Below are positions 1-13,394 of a DNA stretch of 64,000 nt, piece by piece. The stretch is from the NCBI GenBank assembly GCA_013265495.1, contig MU058009.1, forward strand, positions 4,406,739-4,470,738, given 5' to 3'. The stretch's first letter is position 1. Each line of letters opens with the position of its first letter. Below the pieces are notes generated by a model. The model was given only the letters and a program-made list of their open reading frames with translations. It did not search any database and was not told the DNA's origin. Origin of the DNA: Vicugna vicugna (taxonomy: Eukaryota). Made by a program: the position numbers and the translations under genes.

Positions 1-1544
1 GGGCAGGGCGTCCAGCGGGGAGCCACCTGCGGGAAGCGGCACGGTGGAAGTGAACAGAGCGGTTAGACTTTGTCTGCTGGGAGGCGCAGGCGGAGGGGCC
101 GAGGGCTGCTCGGTTTGGGCGTCCCCTACTGCACGTCAGCAAGAGACAGACGCGGGCAGAGACAAGCGCACCCAGCTTGCTTCTCTGACGGCAAAGCCCC
201 GGGAGGCGCCCAGGCCTGGCGCTGGGCGGGCGCTCCTGTGGTCACAGCTCTACCGTCTGGTGCTTGGAGACGAGCTGCCCTGAGAGCTGGAGGAGTCGGT
301 TCCTGTGCGCTTCCTTAGGCTGAGCCTGCCTCTCTTTCCCCTATGAGATGGTAAGTTCTAGTGGGAAGAAAATACTATAAAAAACTAATAAAAAGGAGAA
401 CGGGGGAGCTACGCATCCAAGACCTGGTGCTTTAACAAGAAGCCGGTGCCCGGGAGACAAAAAGGTCCTTCACACTTGCTGCGGCAAGAACATGGACAGA
501 CCAGGACAGACTCCAGCCCGGTGGGAGCTGGCCTGGGGAAGCCCGCCTCTCCAGGCCTTGCGTGCTCAGTGTTGAGTATCTTCCCTTTGCCCCCCTGCAC
601 CAAGCTCCTTCGCCCTCCACCTGCTCTGCTCCCAGGAGGCCGGCCTTGACTGCTGGCCTCAGCCGGGACCCCTGCTGTCCAGCTGCAGGCTGGAGTCAGC
701 TCGTGGGGCCACCCACAGGGGACCAGCAGGGAGTGGAGGGTGGGGTCCCAGTCACTGAGCCCCTCCCTGCGGGGCCGAGGTGGGCAGGGGCCGTGCGCCT
801 TCACCAAGGCCTCAGCTCCCACGAGGCAGCCCCTCCGTGGCTGCAGAGCTAGCCGCATTCTCACAACCACTCCACGCCCTTGACCTTCCAGGCGGAAGGA
901 CTGCAGGAGCTTCCGCTGGTGCTGGGTTGAAGTGTCTCTCCATCCTTCGACGGTTTTCCTTACCCCCAACGCATGATTGTACCTGAACCCACCATTAACC
1001 TCTCCTCAAACCCCCTTCTGAGCATGTGACCTGCTTCTTGCAAAACTCCTGAGTGATCCTACGCAGCCTGATTAGGGAGAGATCCAAGAGGCCCGAAGGG
1101 AGGGCGCGGGGTGTCCAGAAACCAGAGGGGCACTCAGGGCCCTGCAGCAGGGGCTTCGCACCAGACTCTGAAGGTGTGTGTCCATCTCTGAGCAGCCCTG
1201 CAGCCGCACGGGTGGGGGCCGACTGCCCGTCTGCCCCGCCCACAGCATTACCTGCTTCTGTTTAGCTTTTCAAATAAGGAAACCAGGACTCGGGAAGGTG
1301 AAATGAAATGGCCCGCTCTCGTCTTCCCGTCCGCAAGGCTTTGGGGCCACGTTTACGGATCCTTTTAGGGAGGTGAACGCCGCATGCTATATATAGAGCC
1401 ATGACATACATAAAGGAGACATGTAAGACAGTCTCTCAGAAGGGTCGGAACCCTGAGTGCATTTCTGTTCTTTAACCGCGGTATATAATTTGTGTGTGTG
1501 TGTCACCAACTCAATGCATTTAGTTTCTCTGCTCCCTAGGAAGG

Positions 1545-2689
1545 GCCTGTATTACAGCAGAGACCTTACCTAATTCTTTGTTTTGGTACAATGTCTAACA
1601 CGCTTTGGGCGTTTAATGAATGGCTGTTAATAGCACTGACCCACAGGGGCTCTGCGCCCAGTGTGATCACGGGCTGTTTCATACACAGACCTGTGAGAAA
1701 ATAAGAGGTCAACTTTCGTCCACGTGACATCAAGGGTCGGCCCTGGGCAGGCTTTCAGAGGCCGCAGCTCAGCCGCCCACCCCCAGGCTGGCCTGGGCTC
1801 CGGCCGGGACGTTCAGAGAGGCGTCTCCCACGGACGCCTGCGCCCAGGTGCCTGACGGCCCGACAGCACGCACGCGCCTCCTCCTGCCTGGTCTAAGTCC
1901 TTCCCGCCAGACCCGCCTGCCCCCCTGCGCACACGGCGGGCGAGAGGACCAGCCACAGGCCAGGGAACAGGAAATGGGTCAAAGCGAAGCAGAGGATTAC
2001 AGCCACGGGCTGAGAGGCAGGGGGCCCCCTCCTCCCGAGTCGAAAGCGAAAGGAAGGGCTGTCTTGAGACCTTGTGGGCCGGCCGTGCCTTCCCCACCAA
2101 AGGGACAGATGTTGAGAGCCTGTATTACAGCAGAGACCTTACCTTATTCTTTGTTTTGGTACAATGTCTAACACGCTTTGGGCGTTTAATGAATGTCTGT
2201 TAATAGCACTGACCCACAGGGGCTCTGCGCCCAGAGTGATCGCGGGCTGTTTCATACACAGACCTGTGAGAAAATAAGGGGTCAACTTTCGTCCACGTGA
2301 CATCAAGGGTCAGCCCTGGGCAGGCTTTCAGAGGCCGCAGCTCAGCCACCCACCCCCAGGCTGGCCTGGGCTCCGGCCGGGACGCTCAGAGAGGCGTCTC
2401 CCACGGACGCCTGCGCCCAGGTGCCTGACGGCCCGACAGCACGCACGCGCCTCCTCCTGCCTGGTCTAAGTCCTTCCCGCCAGACCCGCCTGCCCCCCTG
2501 CGCACACGGCAGGCGAGAGGACCAGCCACAGGCCAGGGAACAGGAAATGGGTCAAAGCGAAGCAGAGGATTACAGCCACGGGCTGAGAGGCAGGGGGCCC
2601 CCTCCTCCCGAGTCGAAAGCGAAAGGAAGGGCTGTCTTGAGACCTTGTGGGCCGGCCGTGCCTTCCCCACCAAAGGGACAGATGTTGAG
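1545..2689. repeat. Direct tandem duplication, 2 x 573 bp (1545-2117 and 2118-2689)
   Basis: gcctgtattacagcagagacc starts at both 1545 and 2118, and both copies end ...gatgttgag. About 9 substitutions by eye (about 98% identity). Duplicated ORFs at 1848 and 2421 are offset by 573. Confidence 0.95.
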
Positions 2690-5489
2690 TGTCCACTGTG
2701 TTTCAGGCGCTGGACTAGGCGCTGAGGACAGAGGAACGAGATAGAGGGGTGAATCTTGTCCATGAAGGGCATTCGGTTTAAAAAGGATGGAAACTAGAAA
2801 ACGGCCCATGGTCTGTGGTTTACTCCTTCCCGCAGTCAGAGAGTGTCTGTCGGCTCCAGCAGCTCGGGGTGTTCACCTTCCAGCAGGGCGCTGGAGTTAA
2901 CCCACGGGCTGCTCTGATGGTCATTTAAATATCGTCCTACCCATGACGACATGGGGGTTTGATAAGGTTAAATGAGTCAATGTCCATAGAAAGCACTGTG
3001 AAGGTGCCCAGCCTCGGTGATAAGAAGTATTTGAGGGTCACGGAGGAGACACAGTGCGAACTGGGGGACAGCGAGGGGCCTCACCTGCTCTCGGGGACCA
3101 GAAAAGGCCTCCTGGGGGAAGTGGCATGCAAGCGTGGGTTGGGGCTCATCAGGCAAAGGTGGGGACGGCTGTGAGGGGACCCTCCAGGCAGAGGGGGCGG
3201 CTCCGTGCAGACACCACGAAGCGAGATCTCGGGCCAGGCTGCTGGAGCGCAGATGGAGAAAGAGCAGTGGGGACAGGGCAGCATCCGTCCTCAGGGAGCA
3301 GATGGAGCACAGCTGGCCGGCCGGCAGGGGTGGGCTGGGGTCCAGCCGGGCCCCCGGGCCCCTGCAGCCCCTCCTCCGTGTTTATCTCCATTGCTGGAAG
3401 AAGCAGGTCCTGGAGAAGCAGAATTGAGGGACCCGAAGGGGAGACCCCAGGACTGCCGTCCCCCGGTGTGGGATGGCAGGGACTGATGCTGCAGGGACCG
3501 GAGGCCCACCTCGGTGAGACTTGTGAGCTGAGAGAGAAAAGCCAGCAGCCCAGGGAGAGCTGCGTGGTGCGGTCGGGCCGTCGAGGTGGGGGTGGGGTCC
3601 CGAGTTACCCAGATCGGAGGGAGGGCCAGCGGCGCTCAGTCCCAGAACTCACGGGACCCGAGGGTGGGGCCTGGGGTCATCTGGGTGATCGCGGGTGAGC
3701 GCACGCGAGACCGGGAGGATTCTGGGACAGCGGCCACTGGCATCACCACTAACGGCGATTTTCAGAGTAGAGCCAAAGACACTTGCATCCCAGCTGCCCA
3801 AGTGCCCAGGGGCTGGCCGAAGCCCTGGCTCAGTCAGCAGCCGGGCCCTGGTGTGTCACACGAGAGGAGAGGACCTGTCTTGGATCCGCTCTGACGCTGG
3901 AATCAGTGCCCCGGCTGAACGGGATTCACCAAGCAGCGAACAGGACCTAGAGATTTTTTTTAATGAACTCTCTAAAGTAGGAAAGTATGTTTAAATGTCT
4001 CAAAAGCGTCAGGGGAGGAAGAGTCCTGGGAGGTGACACGTAAGTCGGTGTCTGCGTACAACTCGCTTCTGGAACTACAGACGACTTGGCTCTGCCGGGA
4101 AGGATGGTCCAAGGCACACGTCTCAAGAGGACACTGGGCTGTGTCTACACTGCAGGGACACCTGTGGAGGCACCGTGGCAGGCGGTGGAGCCCAGAGCCA
4201 GGCCCCGAGACTGGAAATATTCAGGGACTGGCCGGAGGCGTCGCACAGCCTGCTGCGGCTGGATTGAACAGAACGAAACAATGTTGACCAAATGCCCTTG
4301 GTGATTCTGAAGCAAAAGTCCGCCTGGAAGGAATGCTGCAGCAGGAGCCCGTGTCCCTTTCAAGTGCAGGAGTTCAGAAACCGCTTCCTTGCGAGCGGCG
4401 GTTTTCCTTCACAGGTGAGTGGGCGCCTGAGAGGCAGCGAGAACCGGGCAGCGGGAAGGGCCCCGCAGCCTGGGCCGGCCCCGGGGCTCAGCGTGTTCTC
4501 AGGACAGAGGTGGAGCAGCTCCGCGTTGTTTTCATTGAGACTGTGGTGATTACGGAGCCCCTGGCGCCTGAGGGTGGGGCGAGGGGCCCTCCCCGGTCCT
4601 GTGGGGCACAGAGATGCTGGCGTAAAACCCAGAACAGTGGATCAGGAGAACCGGGTCTAGGAAACCACTCTCGGCCGCCAGCACCAAACATTTCCACACT
4701 CAGTCTCGTTGCTCCAAAAGGGCTGCCAGCCGGGGGGGCCCGGAAACAGCGTCTCCAGGACGGGGACTGGTGGGCGATGCCTGTGGCACTCGTGCCAGAG
4801 GGGCGGTGCTGGGCGCGTTGGGAAGGCCAGGACGCTGCTTTGGGCCCAGAGTAACTTCCAGCGGTTCTGGGAACGGCGGACCAGGAGCAGCACGGCCCCG
4901 AGTCCCTCAACGCGAGAGCGGCTGGCAGGGAGGGCGGCTGTGGCAGGGGCGCGGGTTTGCGCCTCCGCAGGAGAGTCCAGGTCGAGGCACCTCACCGGGA
5001 AGTGGCTCAGCCTCAGCGGGAAACCAAGCCCACCACGCCGAGGCGGGCGCCGACCTCACGTGCCCCACACGGGAGAGGCGCAGGCAGCAGGGAGCCTGCT
5101 CTCTCCCAGGGAGCCCCCCAGGAGGAGACGGAAGAGAAGGGGGCGAGGGCTGGGCTCCGGGGTCGAGGCGGGGGCCCCCACCCCTGCGTTGCAGGCAAGT
5201 GGCTCCCAGCAGCCTGTGCTAATTAGCGCCGTCACAGTCGGTTCTGAGGCACGTCACAAGCAATTTGTGGGCAATAACAAAGGAGCAGATTTTGCCAGTG
5301 ATTCCTTTCTTTATAAATTAGATTAATGTGTTAAGACTTCTTTGGTTGTAACGGAGAGGAGCCAAATTGAATTAGTTTGGGGAAGAAGAGGGACTTGCTG
5401 TGAGCTCTGTGTCACTCCCAGAGCAGGGGTGGGGCTGGACGCCAGCCTGGGACCAGGAAGCCAGTGTCCCCGGGACAGGCTCCTCTCAC

Positions 5490-5528
5490 CCTGTGTGCGC
5501 GTGTGCGTGTGCGTGTGTGCGTGTGTGT
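5490..5528. repeat. Compound (TG)/(CG) microsatellite
   Basis: tgtgtgcgcgtgtgcgtgtgcgtgtgtgcgtgtgtg. Confidence 0.85.
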
Positions 5529-5934
5529 GAGATTCTAAAGAACAGACACGACTGAGAACTGCAGTTGAGGTTCTATTCTTTTCCTCTCAAATCCCTACAA
5601 AAGTTTTATGAACGAACAAATGCTGACGTAGGAAAGCAGTTTCTCTCGGTGGGTCGGGAGCGCCTACAGGAGGGTGCAGGCGTTCTCCTGTCCTTCCGCG
5701 GAAGCCCCGGCTGTTACCCGCACCGCAGCCGCCACCAGACCGCACAGCAAGCGGCCGGCTGCTTCCGTCTCTACGCTGAGCTGGCAGCGCCTCCAGGCGG
5801 CGCTCTGCTTTTTGTACCTTTGGTGTCTACTGCAGTGTCATTTAGAAGGTACCTTAGAAACGTTCGCGCCACAAGTTGCTAAGACCAGCTGAGTTTTGTA
5901 GTCGTACAGCTGAGTGTATGTCATAAAAAGTTCT

Positions 5935-6205
5935 TTCTTTAAATTGACATGTTGATGTACAGCGCTGTGTTAGTTGCAAGTGTACAGCAAAGGGATTCAG
6001 TTACACACACACACACACACACACACATATATTCTTTTTCGGATTCTTTTCCCTTGTAGGTTGTTACAAGACGCTGAGCATAGCTCCCCGTGCTCCACAG
6101 CAGGTCCTTGCTGTCTACCTACCTTATGCACAGTGTGTGTCTGTGAACCCCAGACTCCTCATGTGCCCCCTTCCCCTCTGGCAGCCATGGTTTGCTTTCT
6201 GTGCT
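5935..6205 (-). mobile_element. L1 3' UTR fragment (cetartiodactyl-type) with internal (CA)n at about 6003-6026
   Basis: The stretch ...gtgttagttgcaagtgtacagcaaagggattcagtta...ttctttttcggattcttttcccttgtaggttgttacaag... follows the antisense 3' end of artiodactyl L1 elements. Confidence 0.85.
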
Positions 6206-7739
6206 TGTGACCCTCTCGCCCTTCGTGCCTGCTTTGCCTGCAGGCTGGACGTGCTCCCACTGCAGGGCAGTCCCCTCCGAGCGGCACGGGAAGCAGCGAC
6301 AAACAGCCCGCGAGCCCCGCGTGGCACACGGCGCGGCCCGCACGCTGACCCCTCTTCCGAGTTTCAGCCTGAACAGGGCTACGGAGTGGGCGATTCCAGC
6401 CGGGGCGTCGGAGCCGGTGTGGCCACGGCCCGAGCGGACTCGCCGCGCTCCCGCTCTCCCGACTGCAGCCCCGGTGCGCGCCCCCCCCCCCAGTAAAAGC
6501 CTCCTTCCCCCAAGTCCTTCCTCTGTCCCTGCACAGCCTGCCTTCCAGCCCCGTCGCCATCTCCCGCCAGCACGGTCTGGCCTGGAATTTAGAGCCTGTC
6601 AGTAGAAATCCCCCTTCGCCCTGAATTCCCTCCCCAGAAGTGGCTTTGTGCGCGCCTCCTAACCATTTTGGAGGACCCACCGCCTTCATTCCTCTCTCCA
6701 GTGGGGGCTGGCTGCCCACTCTCCCTGATCCCCAAACGCCTCTGGGTCTGCACCCCTGGCTCCCTGTTGCTTCCTCCAAACCACTCCTCTCACTCCCAGT
6801 CGCCAAGCCTCTGGAGTCAAGGTCATTGACTGTGTCCACCCCGCCCTCTCGAGTCACCCTGTCAGCTGACCCCTGGTCATTTCCCCTCGCTCATTAGCGT
6901 TCAAGCACTTGCTTTACTATCAGCCTCTCTACCCCATCGTCCATTTCCAGGAGGACAATTCACCCAAAGCCCTGCTTCTGTATTTGCATTATGTCTGGGC
7001 GGGGCGGGGGGGCTCAAGAGGCAGCAGGGGCCAACAGAGAAGGAAAATGTAATTAAATATAGAAACAGTCTCAGCTCAGCCTTGAATTACGCATGACTGC
7101 TCTATAGGGGGTTCAGGGGAGGGCACGTCGGGGGAGGAGCAGCTCATTCATTCCAAAGACTGGACGTGATTTCCACAGCCGGACACGGGGGAGGGGAAAT
7201 GCAGAGGGGGCACGGAGATCCAGCTTTGGCGGTGCGCATAATCCTCCCGTCATCCTCCTCTCTGCCGTCTTTAAGGAGTTCGTCTTTCTCCTGTTTTTAC
7301 AGTGAAGGGCAGTTGAATGGTTTAGCGTCCGAGCACGTCTTGGTCATAGCGTTTTGCATGCTACACGATCGTTTGCTTCTTGGGGTCTCTCCTTCGTGGA
7401 CTTCTGAGGCTGGAGACTGCTCATCTTTGTATGTTCTGTATCTAAGGCGGCGCAACACAGTGGGGGCTTCCTGTTCACTTAGTGAAAGAGCAAACTTCGT
7501 GAGATGCCTGAGGATTTCTTGTTCATAGAACTATTCACAAAGAAAAATATAATGAAAAACATATGCCAAGTTATGAATAATAATCTTAGAGACACACTTT
7601 AAAAACCCAGCCAATCCACAGCCCACACTCCACTGGGATAAAATTTTTGTGGTTTTGACATTTTTTCAAGCCTCCTCTAGAGAACCACGATGAGGCAGCC
7701 GTGTGCTCAGGCGTTTGTAAACACGGCTAGTGCGTTACA

Positions 7740-7960
7740 CGGCTTTGTTGGTTTCCAGTCTGCAAGGTGCTTTCCAGGCACATTATTTTATTGAATCCTC
7801 CATCACGGGTGAGAGGGTGAGAGGTAGGTCTTATTATCCTGGCAAGAAAGTGAGGCCGAGATTTTTAAGCCCCTTGGCGAAGACCTTACCACCCATAAGT
7901 GGTAGAGCCTGAACATAAACTGGGGTATTTCGTTCCCAGAATGGTGATCTCTCTGCCTGG
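7740..7960 (-). mobile_element. MIR SINE relic
   Basis: Degenerate antisense MIR core (aaggtgctttcc...ttattatcc...aagtgaggcc...ggtagagcctgaa). Confidence 0.6.
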
Positions 7961-9559
7961 CTTTCCGCGGCCCCCAGATTACAGCCAGGATGTCTGACGC
8001 CGGAGAGACCGTGGGCTACCAGCGAGGGTGTTCTATGGCTGTGCTATAAAAGAATCCCAGGGAAAAGCCAGCCGTGCTAATAAGTGTGTGGTTTGCCTGC
8101 AAAACCCGGCAACACTTTCATCCTTTTACAGCTTGTGCTACCGGTCAGACCCTGTATTATGTCTGGCCTGAATCTCAGTCTTTCAAGCGAGATGTGCAGG
8201 ACTGTGAAAGGGCTTCAGTCTATTCTATCTGATCTGTGCAAGAATACGATTTTAGGGAGGATTATGTTCACCATCTCCACGGAGGGCACAGCCTCGCAGG
8301 AAATTAGCAAGTCGCAGCAACGCAAACACAGGTTAGATCCAAGGAAAGGCTCCCTGATCGCCAGGGCGGTGAGATGCAGAGCGGGTTTTCAAAGCAGGAT
8401 ATGAAACCTCTATCGCTACAGATTTTAAGAACAGGGGACGTTCCGTTCAGAGTTTATAGCAAGGCTGGAAGCTGAGAGATATTTATAACCAGCTCTGCTT
8501 CTGCAAGCCCCCACCCCAGGGAGGGAGTGGCAGCTTGCCCTGGGCTGTTTCTTTCCATGCATCCACGCCTCCCACCTTGTGCTGCTGTGCAGTTTGCTTT
8601 TCCACAAGTAAGTGTGTTTTCTCTCTTCATTTCATCAAGCATGTGAAGTATGAGCCGGGTACCCACCCCCAGGAAAACCCTGCTGCCTGAGAAGTACTCC
8701 CGGTCGGTGAGCCCAGAGGTGAAAGCAGAAGGAACTCAGCCCATGTGTCTCTTCCCCCGTCATGTCCTCACCAAACCCGTAACCACGTTAGGAACGTCAC
8801 AGAGCGCTCTTTCAAAGGCTGTGAGTGAGCCTTTTCCCTCTTTACCGACCACCTTAGTCGGCCCTCTTCCCCAGATCCAAAGTAATTGTAGCCGTCTCTC
8901 TTTCTGTTTAAAATTTACACCTGTATGTTTGGATGTATGTGTATTTATAGTTCTTCAGTGTTTTTCTTCTTCCGTCATTACACACTATTGTTGGGGTGCG
9001 TGTGGTAGGTTTCAAAGATAATTCGGTTTCTTCGCTCCTTGCAGCCCCCCCACCCCACCATGAGATGTGTGACTCTGAGGGACTCTCCACTTTGACCTGG
9101 GATCAGCGCTGGGGCTCCTTTGTCCTCTGGGATGTCAGACATGACCCAAGCAGCGGCTTTAGAGGCGCTGGGCCGCGGGGTCTGACCTCTCTCACCCCTC
9201 CTTTGAACCCTCCGCCCACCCTGTGAGCAGCCTGGGCTGGCCGGCTGCAGGGTGCAAGGCCACACGCAGAGACGCTGAGACGGGCCACCCCATGGAGGGC
9301 GCCCTGGACACAGACCCCCCCAACTGCCAGACATGGGCGAGCCCGTCTGCACCTCCCAGACCCAGCCGGCTCGCCCACTGACCTCAGTGTCACCAGCGTC
9401 CAGCAGAGATGAACCAGGACGACGTCACCCTACAGCCAGATAACCACCAGCTGATCTGCAGCATCGTTACCCAAATATGTGGTCGGTTTAAACCTTTCGG
9501 ATGGTGTGTTACCAGCTGTTTCTAATCTCTCCCATCTTAGGCTGAGTTTATTTCAGGGA

Positions 9560-11540
9560 AAAAAATAAATAAATATACATACAGAGACTAACGCAGCCAA
9601 CATCCATGCACCCAACACCAAGACTTTAATGTCGTGTTGGCTTCAGATCATTTGGTACAGAGAGACTTGCAGACGAGGCGGACGTCTCCACAAACCCACT
9701 CTCCTTGTCACTTCCTGTTAGCAATTACTCTCATAAATATGGCATGTATTTCCTCTGCTCAAGCTTGTCCCTTGTATTATATATATATGCATGCCAGTGC
9801 ATATTTTCTTTAGATAGGGTTTTTTTCTTTATTCAATGAGACTAATATACATTAAATTCTATATACAATTCCTACATATATGTAAACCTGAATTTATTTC
9901 CCCGCCCCCCATAATAGACACTTGGGGCTGATCCCGCATAGCAGCCCTGCGTCTATGACGATCTCTGTGCTGGTCTCCTTGTGCACAATTGAGGATATGA
10001 GCTGGAATCAGCTATTTAATTTACTGTTTCCTATGCACTTTCTCAGTTTTACAAGACATTGCTAGCTCTTCAAAATAGCAATGATAATTTAAATTTTTAC
10101 TAGCAATGCATGGGTTTCAATTTCCTCACCCGACACAAATACTTGATTATTTTTCAGCCAAGGGTAGGGTTAAGGAGTAAAACAAACATTTTAAAAAGTC
10201 AGAAAATTACATAAAGAAAACTATGAAAGATTTAAATATAACACACGTTAATATATTTTTAATAAGATAAGTGACAATAGCATCTTGTTTTATCTGCATC
10301 TTACTGATCGCTGGTAAGACACAGTATTTCTCCATGTGTTTACTAGTCACGTGGACTTTTCTTGAATTTCCTGCAAAAAAACATTTGCACATTTTTCTTG
10401 TCTTTTTCTTCGCTTTTCTTGTATCTTTTTCTTGTCTTTTTCTTATTGTTTTAAAAAGTTCTTTATATGAATATTTACCTCTTCTTTTTAATAAATGTTG
10501 CAGATATTTCCTCCAGCTTAGTTTTTGCATTTTACTCTGTCATAGTATATTAGCCATATGGAAATTTTCATTGTGATGTAAATTCATGCAATCCATCTTT
10601 TCATTTAACATGTGGACTTCTTTCTTGCTTCACTCTTTGTTTAAAAAATTATTTTCTCTTCCAAGTTTGTAAGATATTTACATATATGTTTTTAAAATAA
10701 TTTTTTGGTTTTGCATCAAATTCCTGTGGAATTGGGTTTTGGGTATAATGTGGAAGGGAAGGTGATACTGTTCTACGTGGAAAGGAAATTATTCTTATGC
10801 AGTTTTAACCATTTCTGCTTTCCACACTGATTTAAAAAAAAAATCTCTATTTAAGGTATCCGTATTTTTAAACGCTTGACTCTGGTCTAGGTTTTCTATT
10901 TTGCTCTGTTGATTTTTTTATTTTTTGGTCTATTCTTAGACTAATACCACATTCTTTTAATTATTATAACTTTAAAGTGAAAGTCGACAAACAGTCATAT
11001 GTGTCTCTCCTCTTGGTTATTTTGGAGAACTTGGCTGCTCCTATTCATTTACTAATTTTAGACATGTTTTAAATTTCACATAAAGTCCTTTGGGATTGCA
11101 ATTAGAATTTCATTGCATGAAAAGATTAACTTGGAAGAATTATATATTTACAACACTGAATTTTCCTATCAGACTAACGGCTACCTCTTTATTTGTTGAG
11201 ATCCCTGATGCTCTTCTTGAGTTTTTATTTCTTTCCAAAATAGTTCAGCACATATTTTGTTGGAGAGTTCCAAAACACCGTTCATAATTTTTTGTTGTTA
11301 TTGCAGATGAGGTTGTTCTGTCCTGTTATACTTTGATCATTCCTGGAAAAGAGGAATATTATTTAATACACTCAGATTATGTCCTGCAACTCTACTGTAC
11401 TTTTTATGTCTATAAATTATTCTGGAATTTTGGGTATGCGATTACATCTTAAATAAATCAAAAAGAATATCTACTCCTTTCCAGCTTTAAGACATCTTTT
11501 CTTTCTATTCCTTGTCTTGCTATTTTCTGGGACCTTCAGT
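9560..11540 (-). mobile_element. Old L1M (L1ME/MC-like) LINE fragment
   Basis: About 2 kb AT- and T-rich block with antisense L1 ORF2/3' motifs (tttgggattgca...ttaacttggaagaatt...caacactgaattttcctat). Only short Lys-rich minus-strand ORF remnants remain. Confidence 0.75.
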
Positions 11541-11549
11541 AAATTGCTT

Positions 11550-12650
11550 AATATTCAGTCATATCCCAGATACTTACTGAGAACCTACCATGTGGCTGAC
11601 TCCATTTAGATGCTTCCAAAACACAATATGTAACACAGAAAAACATTTTTTTTTACTGACATAGGCTCTATTCTAACAAGAAACAAAGATAAAATATGCA
11701 TGTTAAACAATTACAAGTGCTCTAAGGAGAATATAAAGCCCGACCAGAGGGCATAGGCTGCTGAGGTGCTGGCCGCAGGTGTAAGCAGGGCCACCAGGAT
11801 CGACCTTCATGAGCTGACATTTGAGGAAAGACTTGAAGGGAGTTCACCTTGCAAGTATCTGGGGAAAGAGCCCCCCAAGATGGACGGAAGTTCTCTGCCA
11901 AGTTTCAAAGCAGTGGAGAAGGTGACAAATAAGACGTGACTGAATTCTGGGTTTTCTGTCGGATTGGATGTGATGCTTGAGAGAAAGTTAGCTCTCAGGA
12001 TTCTCATGTTTGTGTCCTAAACAAACAGAAGGATGTGTGTTCTCTCCATCAGGAAGGGAAAGACGGGTTAAACAGATCAAGGGGGCAGAAGACCAGGAGT
12101 CTACCTTGGAGGCCGTGAGCTGACAATCAGACATTCAAGGAGTGATGCTGGGGTGGCCATCTGATGGTCAATCTGACGTGTATGAGAGAGGTCTGGCTGG
12201 AGATGTAAATTTGAGAGGCACTGATAAAAAGAAAGTTTTTAAAGTCTTGGAGCTAGATGAAAGCATGAAGACTGAGGGCTGAGCCCTGGGGCACCCTACA
12301 GTTAAGAGACAGTGGTGACGAGGAACCAAAAAAGGTAAGGGAGATGGAACAGCCGGTTAGGAGGGAAACCGAGACTATGGCATCCCGCAAACTAAGTGCA
12401 GGATGTGTGACAGGAGGAGAGTGAACGGTGGTGTCAGACGCTGCGGACGAGTCGGGTGGGATGGAGCTGAGACTTGACTGCTGAGTGTACGCGTGGAGGC
12501 CAGCGGTACCAGGATGAGTTCACGCTCATGTGAATGGTGGGGACAGACCCTGTTGGGGGGATCTGAAGAGAGGGTGGAGATCTCCGACACAGTGAGAACA
12601 GGTAACTAACTCTTCTGAATTTTGTTGGAATGGAGAGCAGAAACTGAGGC
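11550..12650 (-). mobile_element. L2 LINE fragment
   Basis: Typical antisense L2 3' motifs: tacttactgagaacctaccatgt, gacatttgaggaaagacttgaagg, ctggctggagatgtaaatttgagag, gagggctgagccctggggcacc. Confidence 0.85.
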
Positions 12651-13394
12651 TGTAGCCTCAGAAACAAAGAGAAACACAGAGAGACACAGAGAATGCTTGT
12701 TTATGTGTGATGAAAAACGTCCAGCAAGAGAAAACGTGACGTAGGAGCCGAAGAAGAGGCTTTGAGAAGCCACGCCCCGGAGTAAGTGGAGGCGAGGCGA
12801 GCACGCAGCAGGGGGCCTGGTTCAGACAGAGCTAACGCGGCCTTTCTAGTCAAGCCTTGGCGGGCCCTCCTCGCCCGCCCCGCCAGGATTTGCCTTAGTC
12901 ATAACTGAGCATTAGACTGTAGCACCTCGTTCTCAGAGACCTGTTTAGATGGCCATAGCCTGTTCTTCTATTATCAGTGGCATATGACTAGCTTATTTCC
13001 TGTTGACCGGCTTTGTACACATGGGGCAAATACTACTTAGGCACGACTGTTTATGCGGTATTTATCGTGTTTTAAGATGATCGCTTCAGTGTGTATAAAT
13101 CACACAAGCTTATACTTTCCTGTATTGTCATTCTTCAGTTTGGGTCACCATTATACCGCTGCTTAAAATACGCTAGTAGTTTTGCCTGAAAATATTCTTT
13201 TTTAAAATAGTTTAATAAGGCAGGAGTTACCCTTTCTCGTCCCTGCGGGTTCAGTGCAATCAACAGAACCGTCTAGAACTAATGCTTTTCTCGGGAGGCG
13301 ATGTGGACACATGATGTAATCTCCTCAGGCTCACGGGTGTATTCATAGCTTCTACTTCTTCTGGCGTCAATTTTGCGATTTATAGGTATGATTT

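Noticed and set aside
10207-10530. Lys-rich minus-strand ORF
   Set aside because: Falls within a degenerate L1 fragment and is not an intact gene.
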